Assembly: GCA_900539175.1 (NCBI GenBank)
Contig: UQAW01000003.1
Span: 16,341-80,340, forward strand
DNA from: an uncultured Lachnospiraceae bacterium
GTDB taxonomy: Bacteria; Bacillota; Clostridia; Lachnospirales; Lachnospiraceae
Direction of reading: 5' to 3'
Length of the DNA: 64,000 bases
Shown here in pieces: positions 58,143 through 64,000 of the stretch. A program made the translations under genes and the position numbers. Positions within the stretch are counted from its first letter, which is position 1, and each line of letters opens with the position of its first letter. Under the pieces are notes generated by a model that searched no databases, had not been told where the DNA came from, and saw only the letters and a program-made list of their open reading frames with translations.

Positions 58143-59936
58143 ATGGCAGAGTCTATGAAAGGCATGAAGAGAAGCCATCGCTGTGCAGAGGTTACAAAGG
58201 CTGAGATTGGTCAGAAAGTAACATTGATGGGCTGGGTGCAAAAGAATCGTAACAAAGGCGGAATCATCTTTGTGGATCTGCGTGACCGTACCGGTATCAT
58301 GCAGTTGATTTTCGAGAATGGAAGTATTGATGAAGAAGGATTTGAAAAGGCTGCGAAGCTGAGAAGTGAATTTGTAATTGCTGTGACTGGTACTGTGGAA
58401 GCACGTTCCGGAGCAGTGAATCATAATCTGAAAACCGGTGAGATTGAGGTGCGGGTGGATTATTTAAGAATCCTTTCCGAGTCTGATACGCCGCCGTTTC
58501 CGATTGAGGAGAATTCCAAGACGAAGGACGAGATTCGGCTGAAATACCGTTATCTGGATCTTCGCCGTCCGGATATCCAGAAAAATCTGATGATGAGATC
58601 TCAGGTTGCCATGCTGACACGTCAGTTTATGGCAAAAGAAGGATTTCTGGAGATTGAGACACCGATGCTTACAAAATCCACACCGGAAGGTGCCCGTGAT
58701 TATCTGGTGCCAAGCCGTGTGCATCCGGGTAAATTCTATGCATTGCCTCAGTCGCCGCAGTTATTTAAGCAGCTTTTGATGTGTTCCGGTTATGATCGTT
58801 ATATTCAGATTGCAAGATGTTTCCGTGACGAGGATCTGCGTGCAGATCGTCAGCCGGAGTTTACACAGATCGACATGGAGCTTGCATTTGTGGATGTGGA
58901 CGATGTGATTGATGTCAATGAGAGATTGTTGGCTTATCTGTTCAAGGAAGTACTGGATGTGGAGGTACAGCTTCCGATTCAGCGGATGAGCTGGCAGGAG
59001 GCAATGGATCGTTTTGGTTCTGACAAACCGGATCTGCGTTTCGGCATGGAGCTGCAGAATGTCTCAGATGTAGTGAAAGACTGTGAGTTCGTAGTCTTTA
59101 AAAATGCCCTTGAAAATGGCGGATCAGTCCGTGGTATCAATGCCAAAGGACAGGGTACAATGCCAAGAAAGAAGATTGATAAGCTGGTAGAGTTTGCTAA
59201 GGGTTATGGGGCAAAGGGTCTGGCTTATGTGGCGATTCAGGAGGATGGAAGTCGTAAGTCTTCTTTTGCAAAATTTATGACCGATGAGCAGATGGATGCT
59301 CTGGTACAGGCAATGAATGGACAGCCGGGGGATTTACTTCTGTTTGCTGCTGACCGGAATAAGATTGTCTGGAATGTTCTCGGTGCACTGCGTCTGGAAC
59401 TGGCAGAGCAGATGGGTCTGTTGGATAAGAATGAATACCGGTTTGTATGGATTACCGAATTCCCGTTATTGGAGTGGTCGGATGAAGAGAACCGCTTTAT
59501 GGCGATGCATCATCCATTTACCATGCCGATGGAAGAGGACTGGGATAAGATTGATACCGATCCCGGTGCCGTTCGGGCAAAGGCATATGATATCGTGCTC
59601 AATGGTACGGAACTGGGCGGCGGTTCTGTCCGTATTCATCAGGATGATATACAGGAGAAGATGTTTGAGGTTCTTGGATTTACCAAAGAGCAGGCGTGGG
59701 AGCAGTTTGGATTCCTGCTGAGTGCATTCCAGTATGGGGTACCGCCTCACGCAGGACTGGCTTACGGTCTGGATCGTCTGATTATGCTGATGGCAAAAGT
59801 GGATAGCATCCGTGATGTAATTGCGTTCCCGAAGGTGAAGGATGCGTCTTGTCTGATGTCGGAAGCGCCGAATGTGGTTTCGGAGAAACAGTTGGAAGAA
59901 TTAGGGATTGGGATTACAGAATTAGAAGAAGAATAG
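58143..59936 (+). CDS. aspS: aspartate--tRNA ligase
   Basis: The OB-fold N-terminus, the FRDEDLRADRQPEFTQID region and the C-terminal class II motif 3 are present. Confidence 0.95.
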   Translation: MAESMKGMKRSHRCAEVTKAEIGQKVTLMGWVQKNRNKGGIIFVDLRDRTGIMQLIFENGSIDEEGFEKAAKLRSEFVIAVTGTVEARSGAVNHNLKTGEIEVRVDYLRILSESDTPPFPIEENSKTKDEIRLKYRYLDLRRPDIQKNLMMRSQVAMLTRQFMAKEGFLEIETPMLTKSTPEGARDYLVPSRVHPGKFYALPQSPQLFKQLLMCSGYDRYIQIARCFRDEDLRADRQPEFTQIDMELAFVDVDDVIDVNERLLAYLFKEVLDVEVQLPIQRMSWQEAMDRFGSDKPDLRFGMELQNVSDVVKDCEFVVFKNALENGGSVRGINAKGQGTMPRKKIDKLVEFAKGYGAKGLAYVAIQEDGSRKSSFAKFMTDEQMDALVQAMNGQPGDLLLFAADRNKIVWNVLGALRLELAEQMGLLDKNEYRFVWITEFPLLEWSDEENRFMAMHHPFTMPMEEDWDKIDTDPGAVRAKAYDIVLNGTELGGGSVRIHQDDIQEKMFEVLGFTKEQAWEQFGFLLSAFQYGVPPHAGLAYGLDRLIMLMAKVDSIRDVIAFPKVKDASCLMSEAPNVVSEKQLEELGIGITELEEE

Positions 59937-59943
59937 AAATTGA

Positions 59944-59982
59944 CGGCGCCTGCGGGGCTTTGCCCCTCGGGCGCGTTTTCGG
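59944..59982 (+). terminator. GC-rich hairpin terminator after aspS
   Basis: gcgcctgcggggctttgcccctcgggcgcg is followed by TTTTCGG. Confidence 0.5.
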
Positions 59983-59984
59983 TA

Positions 59985-60315
59985 TGGGGACGAGCCTTGC
60001 GGGCTTTTGCAACCGTCTCATTCCCACCGCGGATTCTGCTGACAGGCACGGGGCGGTTTCGCGGAATGGGAAGTTCTAAGTGAAGCGGCGGCGCCGAAAG
60101 ATGTGAACCAATGCAATTCGCACCAAAGCCTGTATGGCTTTGCTGCTTAGTGCATTTTGGATGCAGGACTTGTGGTCCCGCATCCATCACATCTTTCGGC
60201 GCCGCCGTTTCACTAAGAACTTCTGCAATCCGCTGCAAATGCCCCGTGTCTTGTCAGCAGAATCCGCGGTGGAAATGAGACGGTTGGAAAGCCGCAAGGG
60301 CTCTGGGAGGTGAGT
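59985..60315. repeat. very long imperfect palindrome (about 330 bp, arms about 115-120 bp around a structured centre of about 75 bp)
   Basis: The left arm at 59991-60107 matches the reverse complement of the right arm at 60181-60305 almost end to end. This includes a 37-bp near-perfect core gaagttctaagtgaagcggcggcgccgaaagatgtga. Confidence 0.6.
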
Positions 60316-60320
60316 GGGTT

Positions 60321-60506
60321 ATACTATAGTATGATACAAGCGTCAAAAGGCATGACTTTGGGACGCGAAAAACACCGAAAAGTAGCCATTTTTCGTAGAA
60401 AAATGAGCGAATTTGAGGTGTTTTAGGATTGCGGGAGCATGAAATGCGAAGCAATCCGTATATCATAAGCGTCAAAATACCTTTTGACGCTTTCATCATA
60501 GTATAT
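60321..60506 (+). repeat. intergenic repeat element, copy C (most complete, bounded by terminal inverted repeats of about 28 bp)
   Basis: The left end tatactatagtatgatacaagcgtcaaaagg matches the reverse complement of the right end (atatactatgatgaaagcgtcaaaagg). The core ggattgcgggagcatgaaatgcgaagcaatccgtatatcata is shared with copies A and B. Confidence 0.6.
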
Positions 60507-60635
60507 ATTAGTACATGTGGAGACAAGTTGTTTGAGGGGGATTTTGAGATTTCGTGGTTGACGGGAGGGGGTGGATTTTTTATACTGAAGGTGGAGGTAT
60601 AGGAACGGCAAGTGAAAATACAAGGAGATGAAGGT

Positions 60636-61673
60636 ATGGCGAATTTAAAATTGAAGAAGACAATATTGGAAGTGGTTGATAATCAGTTAAAGGCGAATGA
60701 TCCTCCATGTACGAAGGATGCTTATGAAAAATTGCTGAATGCCGGGTATTCAGATTCAGAAGCAAAGGATAAAATCGGTGCAGTAGTATTGACCGAAATT
60801 TATGACATTATGAAAGTGGGGGAATCCTTCGATGAAGAGAAATATAAAAACAGTCTTGAGGAGTTGGTAAAGCAATGTATTGATTATGAAGACGTTCATC
60901 ACATAGAGACAGAATGGGATGTGTGGGATGATTTGACTCAAAAGGGATATGAATGCTTTATAGAAGAAAGATCAGCAGAAGGTTTGTCTTTCTGGCAGGA
61001 TGCATGGGAAGTATTTTGTTCTATTATGGAACGGAATTTGGAAATATATACACTCTATGAATTTATGGATGTACTGGATTATGCATATCCGATTGACGGC
61101 TGGCTTGAGGATTATGAGATGGAATTGGGAAATGCCGGGAAATATGAGGAAAGAATGGAGTTTTGCCAGAAAGTATTGGAAGTGTTTGACTGGCAGGAAG
61201 AGGATGACAGTTGTTTTAGGTGCGGTATCGGCGAATCCCTTTTTCGAGAGGGAAAGGTTGCAGAAGCATATGAGTATTATGAAAAGTGGCTGGCAGAAGA
61301 TCCGCAAAACATAAACGGAATCAATAGTTTTAGCTGGATTCTTTTTGAAAATGGAGAGGTTGGGAAAGCGTATGAAGTGGTAAGAAGAGTGATATGGGGT
61401 ACTTCATGCTACGCGGACAATTCGGTTCTTTTTATGCGTGCGAAACAATTGGCTGAGTATGTTGGAAAAGAAGATGAGAGTAAATGGTACCAGCAGCAAT
61501 TAGACAAGTTTGAGAAATCCATCGGAAAATGGGAAATAGATGAAGATGTACTTTTTGATGAATTTACGGCACCGAAGCAGATTCCGGTTGTAAAAGAGAA
61601 GAAACCATATCCGAACGATCCCTGTCCGTGCGGCAGCGGCAGGAAGTACAAGAAATGCTGTGGAAAGCGGTAG
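60636..61673 (+). CDS. SEC-C motif domain protein (YecA-like C-terminal metal-binding motif)
   Basis: The C-terminus reads [22 protein letters not shown]. An AAGGAG ribosome-binding site lies 8 nt before the ATG at 60636. Confidence 0.6.
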   Translation: MANLKLKKTILEVVDNQLKANDPPCTKDAYEKLLNAGYSDSEAKDKIGAVVLTEIYDIMKVGESFDEEKYKNSLEELVKQCIDYEDVHHIETEWDVWDDLTQKGYECFIEERSAEGLSFWQDAWEVFCSIMERNLEIYTLYEFMDVLDYAYPIDGWLEDYEMELGNAGKYEERMEFCQKVLEVFDWQEEDDSCFRCGIGESLFREGKVAEAYEYYEKWLAEDPQNINGINSFSWILFENGEVGKAYEVVRRVIWGTSCYADNSVLFMRAKQLAEYVGKEDESKWYQQQLDKFEKSIGKWEIDEDVLFDEFTAPKQIPVVKEKKPYPNDPCPCGSGRKYKKCCGKR

Positions 61674-61699
61674 TTATAAAATTGAAAAAGGGTGATTAT

Positions 61700-62701
61700 A
61701 TGGAAGGGGATTTGTTGGAGGAGGTAGATGGGATGCAGATTAAGGAGCGGAAGGCGATGGAAAGGAGAGGGGGAAAGAAAGGAAGGGAGAAGATTGAGGT
61801 TTGGGTTGAAGGGGTCAGATTGGATGTGCTGAGATTGTTGGGGGAGTGTTGGGCTTTTTTTGTATTGGTTGGGGTTGCTAATTTGTTGGGGATGATTGTT
61901 GGAGGAGTGATTTCTCATTTTACGTATATCAATTTTTATGTAAGGGATGCGGGAGAGGGGGTTTCGGAATTCAATCTGGCTTGTGTATCAGTTGTTCCGA
62001 TGGCAATTGTGGCTTTGGTGGGAGGAGTGGCTTTTTTTGGTTTTCGCAGGAAAATCAGGAGAGGAAGCAACAGGCTGGCTGTTCTGGTTTTTGATTTGTT
62101 TGGGGTTTTGACTGTTGGGGTTGAGATTTATTTTATTGTTGAGCGGTTTGCTTATTATGTGGGGGAGAATTTTTTTAGTAATTATTCTTTTTGTGCGGAA
62201 GCGGTTTATTTTACAGTATGTCTGATGATGGGCTTGCTGCTCGGTGGTATTGCGGGTGAGAAGAAAATGGTTGTCGGTGCGGTGGTGGTCGGAGGGATGA
62301 TGGCAGTTTTATTACTTACCGGGGTGAATTTGTATCTGGTGTATCGGGGAGAGGAATTCGAATGGTTTTTTGGGACTTATGAGTATGGGATGCAGTTATT
62401 TGCGAGCAGTGTCCTGATGAATTATTCGATTCTTTCGCTGGCCAGTATCTGGGGAATGGTGGTCAGGACGGCTGGTCTTGTGTTGGCGGGTATTTGGTTA
62501 AAGGAAGTATGGAAACGATGTGGGGAGCAGGAAGCGTTGGTGTTTCAAAGAATGGAGATGATGGAGCAAGCGGAAAGGGCTGATGATAGAGAGAAAGCAG
62601 AATTTTGGGACAACGACAGTGATGAGGTGGAGGAAATGGAATTGTATGGGGGAATGGCAGTACCGCCGTTTAGTCCGGGGGACAACAGGGAGTACGAATG
62701 A
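61700..62701 (+). CDS. hypothetical polytopic membrane protein with acidic C-terminal tail
   Basis: Multiple hydrophobic helices are present. Codon composition on the coding strand is unusually G/T-rich (GGG, TTG, GTT) relative to neighbours. The start is uncertain. Confidence 0.4.
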   Translation: MEGDLLEEVDGMQIKERKAMERRGGKKGREKIEVWVEGVRLDVLRLLGECWAFFVLVGVANLLGMIVGGVISHFTYINFYVRDAGEGVSEFNLACVSVVPMAIVALVGGVAFFGFRRKIRRGSNRLAVLVFDLFGVLTVGVEIYFIVERFAYYVGENFFSNYSFCAEAVYFTVCLMMGLLLGGIAGEKKMVVGAVVVGGMMAVLLLTGVNLYLVYRGEEFEWFFGTYEYGMQLFASSVLMNYSILSLASIWGMVVRTAGLVLAGIWLKEVWKRCGEQEALVFQRMEMMEQAERADDREKAEFWDNDSDEVEEMELYGGMAVPPFSPGDNREYE

Positions 62702-62710
62702 TGGTTTGAA

Positions 62711-62775
62711 AAAAATGGTTTGTACCATCCGAAGCGTTTGTTTTAGAAACGTTTGGGGATGTACAAACCATTTTT
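62711..62775. terminator. bidirectional terminator between convergent genes
   Basis: A 15-bp outer stem pairs aaaaatggtttgtac with gtacaaaccattttt. A/T tracts lie on both sides. Confidence 0.55.
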
Positions 62776-62815
62776 ATGATAAGGGTTGTAGTGAACAGTA
62801 TCAACCGTTTGGAAT

Positions 62816-64000
62816 TTAGATCGTACCTTTTGATTTGGCTACCTTATCGAATTCATCCTGGATTTCCTGGGATGGAGATTTGGTTGCAAGGCTGAAGATG
62901 ACAATCATCAGGATACTGATGGCAAAACCGATGGCCAGTGAATAAAGGCCTGTATATGTACCGAGTGTCTGACCGCCGATAAGGGGGATGTAATCCCAGA
63001 TAATAACGGTAAGACCGCCGGAGATAATTCCGGCAACTGCTCCGGCAAGATTGGTGCGTTTCCAGAACAGTGACAACAGAACGATTGGTCCGAAGGCGGA
63101 ACCAAGACCGGCCCAGGCATTGGATACCAGTCCCATGATGCTGCTGTTCGGATCCCAGGCAATCAGGAAAGCCAGAACTGCCACAACCAGAACCGTAATC
63201 CGGCTGATCTTCAGAATCTTGCCGCTGTCGGCATCTTTGCTCACAAAGTTATGATATAAGTCTTCCGATACAGAAGAAGCAGTAACCAGAAGCTGTGAAT
63301 CGGCTGTTGACATAATAGCAGCCAGAATACCGCAAAGGAAGAGGCCTCCAATAAAAGGAAGAGCGAGGTCCTGAGTAAATATCTTTATAATCATTTCGAT
63401 GAAAACATTTTCAGTAGAAGCGGCACCATCTGTACCTAAAAGAGTAGGATACAGATAAGCTCTTCCGAATACGCCGATTACACAGGCAGCGCCGAGGGAG
63501 ATAACAACCCAGATAATGGCGATAACTCTTGATTTTTTCAGTTCTTTTTCGTTGCGGATCGCCATAAAGCGGGTCAGGATATGGGGCATACCGCAGTATC
63601 CAAGACCCCAGGCAAGCTGAGAGATGATTTCAACGGCGCTGTATGATCTGGTTCCGTTGGAAAAGAAATTCAGGTAGCCGTCGGCTCCGCCTTCCACACC
63701 GCTTTGGTTCAGCAGTGAGATAATATTTCCGTCCATCAGAACATAAGCTACGATTGGAACAACCAGAAGCCCGATCAGCATCAGAGTCCCCTGAATAAAA
63801 TCTGTTGTACAGACAGCCATGAAGCCGCCCATAAATGTGTAGATCAAAATTACGGCTGCCCCGATTGCCAGAGCAATGTGGTAATCCAATCCAAAGACGG
63901 AATTGAACAGTTTTCCGCCGGCTGCCAGTGCAGAAGCAGTATAGACCAGGAAAAAGATGACGATGACGATTGAAGAGATCAAAAGTAAGATCCGCTTTTT
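62816..64000 (-). CDS. sodium:solute symporter (SSS family, PutP/PanF-like), 5' end beyond the window
   Basis: The product is multi-TM with SSS family character. The frame stays open to the window edge, so the N-terminus is missing. Confidence 0.7.
   Translation of the reverse strand, partial: KKRILLLISSIVIVIFFLVYTASALAAGGKLFNSVFGLDYHIALAIGAAVILIYTFMGGFMAVCTTDFIQGTLMLIGLLVVPIVAYVLMDGNIISLLNQSGVEGGADGYLNFFSNGTRSYSAVEIISQLAWGLGYCGMPHILTRFMAIRNEKELKKSRVIAIIWVVISLGAACVIGVFGRAYLYPTLLGTDGAASTENVFIEMIIKIFTQDLALPFIGGLFLCGILAAIMSTADSQLLVTASSVSEDLYHNFVSKDADSGKILKISRITVLVVAVLAFLIAWDPNSSIMGLVSNAWAGLGSAFGPIVLLSLFWKRTNLAGAVAGIISGGLTVIIWDYIPLIGGQTLGTYTGLYSLAIGFAISILMIVIFSLATKSPSQEIQDEFDKVAKSKGTI

Noticed and set aside
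1-64000. CRISPR arrays, rRNA genes, intact IS or prophage
   Set aside because: No regularly spaced direct repeats, no rRNA-like stretches, no intact transposase or integrase and no phage structural genes were seen on either strand.

Overview
This 64 kb window reads as a chromosomal stretch from a Firmicutes/Clostridia genome, probably Lachnospiraceae-like. The clues are a six-cysteine SCIFF peptide next to a radical SAM maturase, a fused secDF, recJ-apt-relA ... hisS-aspS synteny, Firmicutes-style ribosome-binding sites, and a GspS-family amide ligase. Almost everything is housekeeping. The + strand carries a partial pur operon (purE-purM-purN-purD), nudC with a pncA-like hydrolase, rluA-family and truA pseudouridine synthases, and a type IIA topoisomerase B/A pair whose A subunit lacks the GyrA-box (so topo IV-like). 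It also carries topoisomerase III, asnA, citrate synthase, a fructose PTS operon with ptsH-ptsI embedded (fruK-fruA-ptsH-ptsI-fruR), leuA behind a T-box leader, a two-domain PPK2, ftsH, secDF, recJ, apt, relA, hisS and aspS. A short minus-strand block holds sfsA, an M23 peptidase and a Sir2 deacylase, and there is one tRNA-Thr(CGT). Five things are not explained by ordinary annotation. (1) A SCIFF ranthipeptide precursor of 47 aa lies below the ORF-track cutoff, sitting with its SPASM radical SAM maturase. (2) An intergenic repeat of about 110-185 bp occurs in three full copies and one inverted partial copy. It has terminal inverted repeats and compensatory stem changes between copies, which suggests a MITE-like element or a structured RNA. 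(3) A very long imperfect palindrome of about 330 bp lies downstream of aspS. (4) A nested inverted-repeat structure of about 240 bp lies upstream of asnA. (5) A tandem-repeat-encoded small Arg/Asp-rich ORF with a CPPCPPCRC motif overlaps the partial repeat copy. A small graveyard of mobile-element fragments (an IS1182-like transposase C-terminus and a group II intron RT fragment) follows leuA. No CRISPR array, rRNA or intact mobile element is present.
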